In this document: positions 20,157 to 31,300 of the stretch, in pieces | Numbering within the stretch: the first letter of the stretch is position 1 | Layout: each line of letters begins with the position of its first letter | Source of the DNA: a virus | IMG/VR virus record: IMGVR_UViG_3300027822_000001 | Location: 1 to 64,000 of that record | DNA length: 64,000 nucleotides | Reading direction: 5' to 3' (one strand) | The notes under the pieces: model-generated | Database searches by the model: none | What the model saw: only the letters and a program-made list of their open reading frames with translations | What the model was told of the DNA's origin: nothing | Translations under genes and position numbers: made by a program

Positions 20157-22484
20157 ATGGCAAGATTTTGGAAAAGTAGGTACACTAGACCTATTAATAC
20201 TTTCGTACCACTACCATTAGATTATCTAAGGAAAGTAGTGGACAAAGAAAATAAAGGCTTTGCAGATATAAAGGACGCAGCAGGAAATATAGATACAACA
20301 AGTTTAAATTACAATGCTTGGTCTCCTAATGATGTAGCTGTTGCTGAGAAGTTTAATAAAGATAGGATGGATTATATAAGTGGAGCAATAGGTGCGATAG
20401 ACCCATCTAATCTAACAAAAGAAAATTGGAGAAACCAAAAAGATAAGGCAGCATCTTTTGTAATGAAGGCTAAAAGGTTAAATGCTAGTAAGAATACTCA
20501 AGGAACGGATGCTTGGCAGGTAGAACAAAATAAGAAAGCTTCTGATGCTAGTGATGTGGCTGTCAATAAATTAGGACATTATGATGCAGATATGAAACGT
20601 AATGCTATTTATGAAGGTAGGCGTAATTATTTGGCAAGAGATGCAGCCAGAACTGCCGGTAGCATAGGCTCTTTTGATAAGTATATTAGTGGTAGCTATT
20701 ATGACAAGGATAAGTTTTATACTGCTATGAAATCAATTGTACCTCAAAAGATAGGTAAATCTAGTAATTGGGGTTTTAATTCGGAATGGCTTGGTCATAC
20801 ATATAAAACTACGGAAACTAGAGATTTCGCTACTCTACTATCTAAAGGAAGTGGCTTATATAGAAGCAACAATGAACTTCAAAGTTGGCATAAAGAGCTG
20901 GCACGTTTAAATTCATATAATTGGACAACAAGAGATGCTAATGGTAATATAAGACATCTTACTGAGAATGAAAGAACACAAAGACTATCTCGTGAATATT
21001 CATCAATAGAAACTGGTGGATTAGATGCTAATAAATATAATAATTATATGACCGGGTTAGCTAATGCTCAAGAAGCTGAAGCTAATGGAAAAAAAGATGC
21101 TGTTAAAAATTATTATAATAGTAATCCTTTTAAAATAGAAGATATGATGGCTAGAGGTACTATTGCTGGAGATTTATTAGTTAGTAATGCTAATGCACTA
21201 CAACAAGAAGATGTAACAAAAAATACTACTTATAGTCATAATCCTAACTTTAATGCTGATGGAACAAGAAAAGGAATGCCCACTACAGGGTCTGAATCTA
21301 GAGGAGGTAACACAACTGAAGTATTTAATCCTACTAATTTCGTTTATGATTATAATAAAGCTAAAAATAATGGCACATTAAAAAATAATATATATGATTT
21401 TGGGATTAAGGCTTTTTCTTCACTCAATTCAAAAGCTAATGGAAGAGGTAAAGAAATGGTTAATGCAGTATATAATTTAAATCCTAGTTTATTTGATAAA
21501 CAAATGATTAAGTTAGGATATACACCAGATAAAACTCCAGGATTCAATTGGACAGAAGGTAATAAGTCTAAGAAATATGTATGGAAACCAAATGACTTTA
21601 ATAGAGGAATGGCAACTATTATGCAGAGTGGAGATTATGGTGATAAACAATATAGCAGGTCAGTAAATGCTTCTGATTGGGCTAATCGATTTATGACTCC
21701 TAAGATTGGAGTAGAAACTTCAGAGTTAGATAATATTAACGATTTTGCTAAGAAAGTTCATAGTATAAACAAACAATATACTAATGAAAGTAGTTTAACT
21801 GGAGCAGAACCACAAGAATATATAGTACAAGGAACTGATTTGATAATAACAAGTGAAAGCCCTCACTTTAAAAACTATATGGGTTATATAAAGAGGTCTT
21901 TAACAGGAAAACAATTAGGGACTGACTTAGAAGATAATCCTAATATAAGTGGTGTTGGCTTTTCTATAAATAATGGAGAATTTAGAGCTAAGATAAAAAC
22001 ACAAAAATATAAAGAAGACGGAACTGTAGAAGCTGGAAAGTCCACTTCACACTATGTTACTCTTAATGAAAACAACATTGGACTTCCTGGAGTTATAGGA
22101 GCTAATCTTATTGTTTCAGCTGAAAAGTACAATCTTGGAACAGACCAAAATATAGTAAATAAACAAACAGGATATAAGTATGGAGCTATATCTTTAATTC
22201 CTATAGATGAGTTAGAGCAAGCTGGAAGTAATACAGACCCTGATAAAGGATTTACTATAAATGCAGCTAGAAATAATGGACATGCAGTATCTTATCAATA
22301 TATTGGTACTGATGGTGCTGGTAACAATCATTATGCTGCTTATACATATGATAAAGCAGAAAATGGTTTTAAACCAATACAAAGTGTTTCAGGAAGTTCT
22401 GAATTTGTTGGTAATGATGGTATATTAGAAGCTTATGGAACTGCTAATAAAGAGGCTATTAAAACAAGTTTTTTAATTCAATAG
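20157..22484 (+). CDS. Cargo/ejection protein 2
   Basis: N-terminal RPINTFVPLPLD motif, no Cys, located between cargo 1 and the giant proteins. Confidence 0.65.
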   Translation: MARFWKSRYTRPINTFVPLPLDYLRKVVDKENKGFADIKDAAGNIDTTSLNYNAWSPNDVAVAEKFNKDRMDYISGAIGAIDPSNLTKENWRNQKDKAASFVMKAKRLNASKNTQGTDAWQVEQNKKASDASDVAVNKLGHYDADMKRNAIYEGRRNYLARDAARTAGSIGSFDKYISGSYYDKDKFYTAMKSIVPQKIGKSSNWGFNSEWLGHTYKTTETRDFATLLSKGSGLYRSNNELQSWHKELARLNSYNWTTRDANGNIRHLTENERTQRLSREYSSIETGGLDANKYNNYMTGLANAQEAEANGKKDAVKNYYNSNPFKIEDMMARGTIAGDLLVSNANALQQEDVTKNTTYSHNPNFNADGTRKGMPTTGSESRGGNTTEVFNPTNFVYDYNKAKNNGTLKNNIYDFGIKAFSSLNSKANGRGKEMVNAVYNLNPSLFDKQMIKLGYTPDKTPGFNWTEGNKSKKYVWKPNDFNRGMATIMQSGDYGDKQYSRSVNASDWANRFMTPKIGVETSELDNINDFAKKVHSINKQYTNESSLTGAEPQEYIVQGTDLIITSESPHFKNYMGYIKRSLTGKQLGTDLEDNPNISGVGFSINNGEFRAKIKTQKYKEDGTVEAGKSTSHYVTLNENNIGLPGVIGANLIVSAEKYNLGTDQNIVNKQTGYKYGAISLIPIDELEQAGSNTDPDKGFTINAARNNGHAVSYQYIGTDGAGNNHYAAYTYDKAENGFKPIQSVSGSSEFVGNDGILEAYGTANKEAIKTSFLIQ

Positions 22485-22487
22485 ACT

Positions 22488-25400
22488 ATGAAGATACTTG
22501 ATAATGACCCAACTAAGAATAAAAAACAAGAAACTCCAAAATTAGATAGTGAATCATTAGAGGAGTTACGTAAAGACGCAGAAAGAATAGAAGAGATAAA
22601 CAAATCTGGAATAGTGATGCATTCTCCAGATTTAAGAATGAACACAAGAAGAGAGAAGTTTAATTACAGTGATTATACAGATTATATAGATTTAGATGAG
22701 ATAAATTTAAATGATATAGAAGCTACTAATAAACTTAGAGCTAGCAGGCAATCTACAAGAGAACAAATAGGGTTATCTGTAGGTAACTTAGTAGGTAATA
22801 CTGCTGTTGGTATAATACATGATATTGGAGCAATTGGAGCTCTAGCTTCTGAGTGGGGTAGTGATAGAGATTATACTAATCCAATAACTGAGTGGGCTGA
22901 GAAGAATAGAAATCCTTTTGGAGAGGTTTATTCTGAGTCTGCTGATGGTATGGGCTGGGATAGCGGAAGTATTATAAATCATATATCAGGAGTTGTACAA
23001 CCAGTAATACAATTTGGCTTAGAATCTATACTACTTGCTCAAGCGTTCAAACCTTTATCAGCTATTGGTGAAGGTATGAGTCAATTAACTAGAGCTAAAA
23101 ATGTAGCACAAGCAGTAGAGAAAGCTAATTGGGCAACTAATATGACTAAAAGTGTTATTAATGGAGGAGCTAGAGCTATGGAAGGCTTTGTTCCACAAGC
23201 ATTAAATAGCTACTCAATAGGTTACTTTGCTAGTGTTGATGGGGCTCATAATGCATACACACAAGCATATGACCATGCTCTTAAGAATATGAGTATAGAA
23301 GACCCTTCAGATGCTACTCCAGAACAGGTAGAAAGAGCTAAGAAATTTGCTTCAAGTTTTGCTTCTGACTATGCTAAATTCAACACAATGTTATTTGGTA
23401 GTTTGAACTTTAGCTTACTTAAGCCAGGAATGCAAACCACCGCTATTAGAAATGAAGTATTAGGAGCTTTAAAAAATGAAGAAAAACAAATGTTAGCAAG
23501 TCAAGCTGAAGCTGGTTTAAACAGAACAATAAGTGCTGGTAATTTAAAAGAAGCCCTGAAAGGAATGGATGAGAAGATTGCATCTAACTTTGTCAGAAAA
23601 GGAGAGCGAGGAATAGACTATGCTAAAAAAGCAGCTCATGGAGCATGGGTTTTTGGAGCTATGGATATACTAGCTAACGAAAATACAACTAAGAAAGCAT
23701 TAGCTAATTATGAAAATGTTCTTGATGCTAATAAAGGAGAGCTACCATCATTTCTTTCAAGTGTTGGTAGAATGACTGGATACATGAAAGCAGCATCTGA
23801 TGAGTTGGATGATATTGTTAGAGGTAACGATCCTGACGGAGCTAAGAAGCTTAGGCTATCCCTATTAACTGGTGCTGCCTTTAGTCCAATACATAGTTTA
23901 GTAAATTCTAGGCTATCTAGAACAAAAGTATATACAAAAGATGCGGATGGAAATGTTATTCCTGTGTTGAATGAAGCAGGAGAACCTACTGGAAAGTATG
24001 AATCATATAAAACATCTAAGTATAAAGCACATAAAGTTGAAAGACAAAGAGTATTTGATTACTATAAAAACAGTCTTATAAAAGATTTAGATGTAATTGA
24101 AAATGCTGATAATAAATTAAAGCTTATTGCTGATGTTGGTGAAGAAGAAGCAGGTATAACTCAAGATGAAGTTTTTAGGGACTTATTTGATTTACAATCA
24201 TATGAAATGATTACAAGAGGTGGTAAAGATTTTCTTATTAACTCTCTTAAAGATGTTATGAATGTAGATAATACTGTAGATATGGGAGCTAAGATGGTTG
24301 AACAAAAAGCTATGTTAGATGCTAAGATAGCTGAAATTGAAAAGATTCCTTCAGAGAAGAAAACAACTGAGCAATTTGATGAGTTAAAGTCTTTAAAAGA
24401 GCAATCTAAAGACTTAGCTGAGAAGTCTGTACGTTATAGTGGAAAATCTGAAGCAATGATTAAAGGATTTGCTGATGAGATGGAAACTAAAGAAAGGGCT
24501 GGAAAAGCTTCTAAATATAGAGAAAAAGCTAATAAACTTATTGAAGATATTAAATACTTAGATTCTAAATATAAAGAATATAAAGATAATTTTGGGCACG
24601 GTAAGACTGCTGCTTTGGGACTTCCTGAGTTTCTTCTTAAGCTTGAACAAAATAAACTAACTGCATCTAATTGGTTAAAAGAAAACCCCTTAATTGATAA
24701 TCTTACTAAAGGTAAAGATGAATCTTATAATAATCTAGTTAAATATAAGTTACTAGATAATAAGTTAGAGATTTTAGCAACAGCTATGGTTGGAGCTTCT
24801 CCTTTAGAAGTTTCTACGCTTAAAGCTGATTTTGATAAGACAAGAAATGAAATACGAGAAACAGAATCTTATAAATATAGAGATGAGTTAGATAAAGCAA
24901 GTGAAGAAATAAAAAGTAAGTCACAGCAGTTAACTACTGAGTTAGACGCTACAATAACAGATAATAAAGAAGTATCGGAACCTTTAAGGAAGAAATCTAC
25001 TGAGAATAAGAAGTTAAGTAGAGAATGGAACAACTTAGTTAAAGAAACATCTACATTAAATGATAAGAAAATAGAACTTAAAGATAAATTAGATAATAAA
25101 GAGGTATCAGAAAAGGATTATAGAAATCAAAGCAAAAAGATATATAAGGAGTTGTCTTCTCAGTATGATAAGATGGCTAAATTAAGAAAAACAGTTTCAA
25201 CTAATAAGATGGAATTGTCTAGACTAACTAATTCTAGGGAAACTTTTGATAAGCAAGAGGAAAGAATTACATCTGAAATAGAAGAATTATCTAAACAATT
25301 TAAGGATAATGTAGCTAATATAGATAAGTTTTATAGTGACCTAAAAGAGTTAGATAAAAGAATTAAAGTAGATAAAGAACTTACTGCCTATAATTCTAAG

Positions 25401-28373
25401 CAAGTTGCTGAGATTGTTTCTGATAGTAAATTATCTAAGTACCAAACTAATGAGGGTATTAAAGACTATATAAAAGATGCTACTAAAGAGGCTAGAAAGT
25501 TGCAAGAAAGAATAAATAAAGTCAATGATAAAGAAGACAGTAAAGAAGTCTTAAAACGTCGAGTTAAAGAGTCTAAGGTTGGAAAAGTAGTTCAGAAAGC
25601 TACTAATAAGATTAAAGAAAAGATGCCTAAGAAAGAATCGAAGAAAGAGACCGACATCAGGCTTGAGGAAGAAATAGATACTAATGAAAGTTCTAAAAAA
25701 GCTGGACTTAATAAGAATTTAAAGGAAGAGAGTACTCCCTCGCAAAATAAAGAAAACGAAGTAAAGAAAGCTAAGATTGTTAAAAAAACTAAACCTATCA
25801 AAGTTAACGGAACAACAGTATATGATGCTTTTGATTCTAATGACCCTAACTTTGAAGCTAAGTTAAATAATGCCGAAATAGTAACTGAGGCTTCTAGTAA
25901 TATTAGAGAATTAGCTAAAGTTAATAAAGAAGACACTTCTTCTTTAAACTCATTTGCTGATTATATGGATAGTTATGAGTATTTACTATTAGGGCAAAAA
26001 GATGCTACTTGGAAAGATGCTAATTCAGCTTCTTACATGAGAGATTTGGCTAATTTACTTGGTAAGTACTATAAAGATAAAAGTCCTGAAGCTTTGTCTG
26101 CTTTAATAAAGGAACTTGGAGTTAAAACTGGAGAGGAAAGTACTACTGCAGGATATATTATAGATAACGCTCTTAACGATATTTCTGCAAAAACAAATAA
26201 TGTATTGAATGGCTTATTTAATACATTTAATAAAAGGAGAATGGCTGATGGCATGGAGCTGTTAGAAACTATTGTAAAAGCTCCTACATTTACTGAATAT
26301 ATGGAGGCAGGTTCTCCTGAAGAACTAATAAAAGGTTTATATGATTCTGTTAAAGGTGGTAAAGCAGTATTTGAAACTATAAAATCAGGTAAAACTATTG
26401 TTAATAGTGATGCTATGCATAAAACAGCTAAAACAATATCTGATTTGATATTTAAAGAAAGACTTGGTAATGATAGCTTAGAGGAAACATATGGTAATGT
26501 CTCCAGCTATATATTGAAGTCTTTAAAAGATGCTTCTAGATTTAAAGAAATTGTAGGAAAGAAAGACAAGAAAGATAGTTTAAGAAGTGCTAAAGAGATA
26601 ATGAGAGCTGTCAATCTATACTTTGATTCTGCCAATGCTTATAATAAGGGTAAAAGTAGAGTTGAGAAGGAAGACCAAATCTTTGCTGATAACTATGTAG
26701 ATGATAATTTTAATTTAGTTAAGATAACAGAAGAAGATGTTACTAATGATGTTGTAAATGATAACACTAATCCTGCTGCTGATGCTGATGCTACTTTAAA
26801 TAGAGCTCATGTAGGCACAAAGCATAAGAGAGAATATAGTGTTGTTATTGCAAATGATTCCACTGGCTTTGATAAAGAGTCTGGTACTCAAGAAGCCATA
26901 CCTACAAAAGCTCTTATAAAAGAAAGTCCTACTTTAACTAAGATTGGAAATAAAGTTACTTTAGAAGTGGATAATGAATATAGTGGAGATGTATTCTATA
27001 ATGGTCATAAAGTTAAATGGCAAGACCTCAAACGAGGGCACACTAAAGATACTGAATGGCTTAATAATCATACTCCAATAAAGATATTAATGGATGGAGA
27101 AAAGGTTGGATATGTTCCGATGTTATCTTCTGTTAATAAAGAAACAATAGCTAAGAGTTCAAATTTAGAAGTTGAACGAATAAACCTTAGAAACTTTAGA
27201 GCTGACATTGCCGACGGACATACTGTTGCTGAAATAGGAGATGTAAGAAAAGGACACCTTAATTTAGTAGAAGAGTTTAATACTCCAGAAACATACTCTC
27301 CAAAGCTTATGGAAAAGAAGCGTTCTATTGGAGTAATTAAGAATGATGGTATATATGCTGGCGGTAAAAGAGTTATGACTATTCCAAAAAAGTTAAAGGA
27401 ACTTTATAATGAATTAGCTGGTAGTGGAGTTTTGATAGTAACTGCAAACGATGGCTCTTTAATGTCATCTGTTGCTTACAAATTTAAGCTTGATGGAACT
27501 ACTAATTTGTCTGAAACAGTCAATTCTAAAAACTCTGTGGTTGATGTGGCTGAAGCTATGAAGAAAATATTAGATAAGAACAGTAGTAAAAAAGTAAGAA
27601 ATGAATTTTATGATGCTTTGAATAACACTGTAAATATAAAATCTGTAGACCCAAATAATATTGATTTAGTTGATAACTATTCAATACTATTAGGAATAGA
27701 TAACATGGCTGTATTTGCTGTAAAAGGTAAAGAGGGTAACATTGAGAAGTTCATTTTAGGTAACAGTGAGAAACAAATAGAAGTTGATGCTACTACTATA
27801 AATAAGAATGCCACTGAAGTGGAAGAAGCTTTAGGTATGACTTATTATGGTATTAATGATAGAAGCTTAGATAAAAGAGTTAATTTACTTGAACGAAACG
27901 CTGAAACTAATGAACTTGAAGTCAAAAAGTCTAGTTATAATGCTCATTTGAAAGATAAGTTATTATCTAGGTTAGTTGAGAAAACATTAGAATTACCTAA
28001 AGGAAACTATTCTGAGTCTAATAGAAGAATAGTAAAAACAGAAAAAGGTCATAGTGAATTGATATTTACAAATAATGCACCTGTATATTTAGAAATGAAA
28101 GGTAAAACAGAAATTGATAAAACAGATGTTAAAGTAGTTGTTGATAAGAAAGAAGTTTCTTTTAATAAGGGAGAGTCTAATAGGGCTGAAAAAGTAATAG
28201 AAGACACTAATAAAAAAGAAGAAAGTTCAGCTAATATTAATGATATTTCTGAAACAAGATTAAAAGAAGAGTTAGAAAAAGATGGTAGTGAATTAGACTT
28301 AACTGATGACTCTAATAAATCTAGCTTAGATATACCAATTAAGAAAACTAATGGTAATAATAAGGGATGTTAA
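22488..28373 (+). CDS. Giant cargo/ejection protein (1961 aa)
   Basis: Gly-rich hydrophobic N-terminal segments and long coiled coils; its only Cys is the last residue. Confidence 0.7.
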   Translation: MKILDNDPTKNKKQETPKLDSESLEELRKDAERIEEINKSGIVMHSPDLRMNTRREKFNYSDYTDYIDLDEINLNDIEATNKLRASRQSTREQIGLSVGNLVGNTAVGIIHDIGAIGALASEWGSDRDYTNPITEWAEKNRNPFGEVYSESADGMGWDSGSIINHISGVVQPVIQFGLESILLAQAFKPLSAIGEGMSQLTRAKNVAQAVEKANWATNMTKSVINGGARAMEGFVPQALNSYSIGYFASVDGAHNAYTQAYDHALKNMSIEDPSDATPEQVERAKKFASSFASDYAKFNTMLFGSLNFSLLKPGMQTTAIRNEVLGALKNEEKQMLASQAEAGLNRTISAGNLKEALKGMDEKIASNFVRKGERGIDYAKKAAHGAWVFGAMDILANENTTKKALANYENVLDANKGELPSFLSSVGRMTGYMKAASDELDDIVRGNDPDGAKKLRLSLLTGAAFSPIHSLVNSRLSRTKVYTKDADGNVIPVLNEAGEPTGKYESYKTSKYKAHKVERQRVFDYYKNSLIKDLDVIENADNKLKLIADVGEEEAGITQDEVFRDLFDLQSYEMITRGGKDFLINSLKDVMNVDNTVDMGAKMVEQKAMLDAKIAEIEKIPSEKKTTEQFDELKSLKEQSKDLAEKSVRYSGKSEAMIKGFADEMETKERAGKASKYREKANKLIEDIKYLDSKYKEYKDNFGHGKTAALGLPEFLLKLEQNKLTASNWLKENPLIDNLTKGKDESYNNLVKYKLLDNKLEILATAMVGASPLEVSTLKADFDKTRNEIRETESYKYRDELDKASEEIKSKSQQLTTELDATITDNKEVSEPLRKKSTENKKLSREWNNLVKETSTLNDKKIELKDKLDNKEVSEKDYRNQSKKIYKELSSQYDKMAKLRKTVSTNKMELSRLTNSRETFDKQEERITSEIEELSKQFKDNVANIDKFYSDLKELDKRIKVDKELTAYNSKQVAEIVSDSKLSKYQTNEGIKDYIKDATKEARKLQERINKVNDKEDSKEVLKRRVKESKVGKVVQKATNKIKEKMPKKESKKETDIRLEEEIDTNESSKKAGLNKNLKEESTPSQNKENEVKKAKIVKKTKPIKVNGTTVYDAFDSNDPNFEAKLNNAEIVTEASSNIRELAKVNKEDTSSLNSFADYMDSYEYLLLGQKDATWKDANSASYMRDLANLLGKYYKDKSPEALSALIKELGVKTGEESTTAGYIIDNALNDISAKTNNVLNGLFNTFNKRRMADGMELLETIVKAPTFTEYMEAGSPEELIKGLYDSVKGGKAVFETIKSGKTIVNSDAMHKTAKTISDLIFKERLGNDSLEETYGNVSSYILKSLKDASRFKEIVGKKDKKDSLRSAKEIMRAVNLYFDSANAYNKGKSRVEKEDQIFADNYVDDNFNLVKITEEDVTNDVVNDNTNPAADADATLNRAHVGTKHKREYSVVIANDSTGFDKESGTQEAIPTKALIKESPTLTKIGNKVTLEVDNEYSGDVFYNGHKVKWQDLKRGHTKDTEWLNNHTPIKILMDGEKVGYVPMLSSVNKETIAKSSNLEVERINLRNFRADIADGHTVAEIGDVRKGHLNLVEEFNTPETYSPKLMEKKRSIGVIKNDGIYAGGKRVMTIPKKLKELYNELAGSGVLIVTANDGSLMSSVAYKFKLDGTTNLSETVNSKNSVVDVAEAMKKILDKNSSKKVRNEFYDALNNTVNIKSVDPNNIDLVDNYSILLGIDNMAVFAVKGKEGNIEKFILGNSEKQIEVDATTINKNATEVEEALGMTYYGINDRSLDKRVNLLERNAETNELEVKKSSYNAHLKDKLLSRLVEKTLELPKGNYSESNRRIVKTEKGHSELIFTNNAPVYLEMKGKTEIDKTDVKVVVDKKEVSFNKGESNRAEKVIEDTNKKEESSANINDISETRLKEELEKDGSELDLTDDSNKSSLDIPIKKTNGNNKGC

Positions 28374-28391
28374 TAATTATATATATGATAT

Positions 28392-31300
28392 ATGAGGTGT
28401 AATGAATTAATTAAAAGAAAGGATGGCTTAGCTAATTATAATTTTTTAGAAGCTTCAGTTGGAGAAAATGCTGCTATTGAGTCTTTAAAGAGTTATGACT
28501 TTAGTAAAGATGTCGTTCCTTTCGACCATACATTTAAAGGAGAAAAATCTAAGTTGTTTGATGAGCTTACTAATCAGTATGGCTTAAAGAAAGCTATACA
28601 AGTTAGTTTTTTAATTAGAACAACTGATTTTCTTGAAAAGTATGGAGATTGGACAGTTGATAAGAATGACTTCGTTGGTAAGTTGAATGAACAGAAAGAA
28701 CCAACATTAGATGCAGTAAATAAGATATTTAGAAATGAGAGTGCTAGCAAAGAAATGGAAGAGCCTACTAAACATGATGTGCTTAGAAAGAAACTAGAAT
28801 CTGATTCTAATTATAAATTGGGTGAGGCTTCTGTAGAAGAAGTAAGTGATATGTTAGAGTCTGGTGTTGCTCTTGCTACAAATCTTGTTATTAGAGATAA
28901 TGTTAAAAAGAGTACTATATTCAATGCCTTATTAAATACTTTTAGTATTCAAAGAAATAAAGCATCTAAGTTTATAGATTACCAAGAGTCCTTAGCTGAG
29001 CATAATAAACTTCCAAAGTCTGAGCTAGATAAAATAAAGAGAGGAAAAGAGTTATTAGATACTATATTAGATAATGAAGAATATAAAACTAATTATCTAA
29101 CCTTAATAGATTCTGAATTAGATAGTATGGGATTTAATACTATCAATAAAGAAGCCACTACAGACATAAATGATAAAAATGCTGAAAATCCTATACTTAA
29201 AGAAATGTGGGATGAGCAATCTAAGTTTGAAGTTCCTATTAAGAACACTTTGCAATTTAATATAAGGATGCTATTAGGCTCTATTCCTATTCCTGAGTTA
29301 GATAATGGAAATTTAACGGGTAATTATAAAACCAACTCTATAGGACTAGCACATACATATACTTCAAATAATATAACTTTAAAATTATTAGACTACTTTA
29401 ATCATAGGGTTGTAGATAGAAATTCATTTATGAGTGATTTGAAGTCCTCTGGAATACCTGAGTTTGTTGAGCTTGCAAGTAAAGTAGATAAACTATCATA
29501 TAATAAAGATAGATTACTTAATGCTTTAACTGCTACTGTTGGTAGACTAAAAAACAATAAAGTTGTTGCTATATCTGAAGGAAATAATTTTATTGTTTAT
29601 AATACTAATAACAGGTCTGATAGAAAATATATAACAGATACATGGTATGGAAATCAAAATATTCTATTTAAAGAATCCGATATTGTAGAGCTTAATAAAA
29701 ACAATGAATTAGTTTACTCTGAAACAGGCAAAAAAAGATTACAGCATGAGTATAATAATATACATCAAATATTAAATTCATCAAATACTAGACATATAGC
29801 TGCATCTCATTTTGTAGGTAAACTTAGTAGTTTAGTACACTCTGATAAGTTTGGAGAAGCTAAATCAGAAGAAAAGACTAAGATGCTTAATGATATGATA
29901 AGTATGAAAGAAGGCAAGACTATAAAAAGTAATAGTTTATTGATGCCTGTGGAAGATGTATATTCATTATTACCTACCATACTAAAGAAAGGAAAAGACG
30001 GAAGAATTTCTTTTAAAACTTCTGACTATGATGAGCTGTCTAAAAAACTCTTAGACTTAGATATAAAAGAAGATACCGAAAATGTAGACGATGCAATTAA
30101 CATAAATAAAATAAATGTTGTATCTCCTTTAATACGACATTATTTAGCTCTTACTGGAATGGATTTTGAACTTGATACTATTAAGAAGTTCTTACAAAAT
30201 CCAGGAAGATACATGACTGATTTAACAGATGGAGTAACAGAACCAACTGTTAAACTTTCTGACTTAACTACTCCAAGAAAAGTAGCGAATGGTGTAAATG
30301 TTTTACATTTATTAATACAGGATATAAATAAAGGGGGCTCTGGACAAAAAGATGAAAATGCTAACAGTCTTAGAAATAACAACCCATTAAATACTAATGC
30401 TTCTAAAAAGGTATTTACTAAGTTGAAAGAAATTGAAGAGGTTGCTGATTTATCTTCTACTTTTATCAATTCTTTCGGTAAACAAGAGTCTTCTTATGGC
30501 TTTAATACATTCTTATCAAAAGAGATTAACAACTTAAAAGGAAATACATTAGATGGAATGAATACAGACCCCCTATCAAGAAGAAGTCTCTGGTATAAAG
30601 CCTTTAAAGGAGACGATTCTGTTGCTGGTTTGATTGAAAGACCTGAAAGATTATCTCTTTTGTTTGGTGATGGAGTTAAAGAAGCAAAGACTGGAAAAAT
30701 AATTAACAGAGCTTCAGCATCACCTCTTGATAAAGAAGTTATGAGAATAAACTTATTTGCTTATAATAATGCTGGTTTTACTGATAGACTATCTGTTATA
30801 GATGCTTTAGTGTTTTCTGATAAATCTAGAACTAGAAAGATATTAGCTCCAAGAATTAGTTTAAAAGGAGAAGATTATAACTTTAATCTTGACTTTAAAA
30901 ATAAGGAGAGTTTAAAAGACTATTCTATAAGTGATGTTCAATATGGAGATGACGTAAAACATGTACTTACTGATATGGCGTTAACTGAAATAGACAGAAT
31001 TAATGATACTGTATTAAGACACAAAGAAGCAAAAGATGTAATGACTTCTGAAAGAAGTATAGGTGGCTCTAAATTTTTAATATTTCCCTCATTAGATAAT
31101 AAAGTTATAAATTCTTTTAAAAGGTCTGATGGAAGTTTTGATACCTCTAATAAGGAGTTTATATCAAAGGTTCAAAAACATATGAATTTACTTTTAACAG
31201 CAAATGCTAATGAGAACTTAAAAGAATGGAAAGATGTTGATTTGATAAGAGCTTCTGGTGGTATTAAATATTTAGATAGTAGGCATAAAAAACATGTTGG

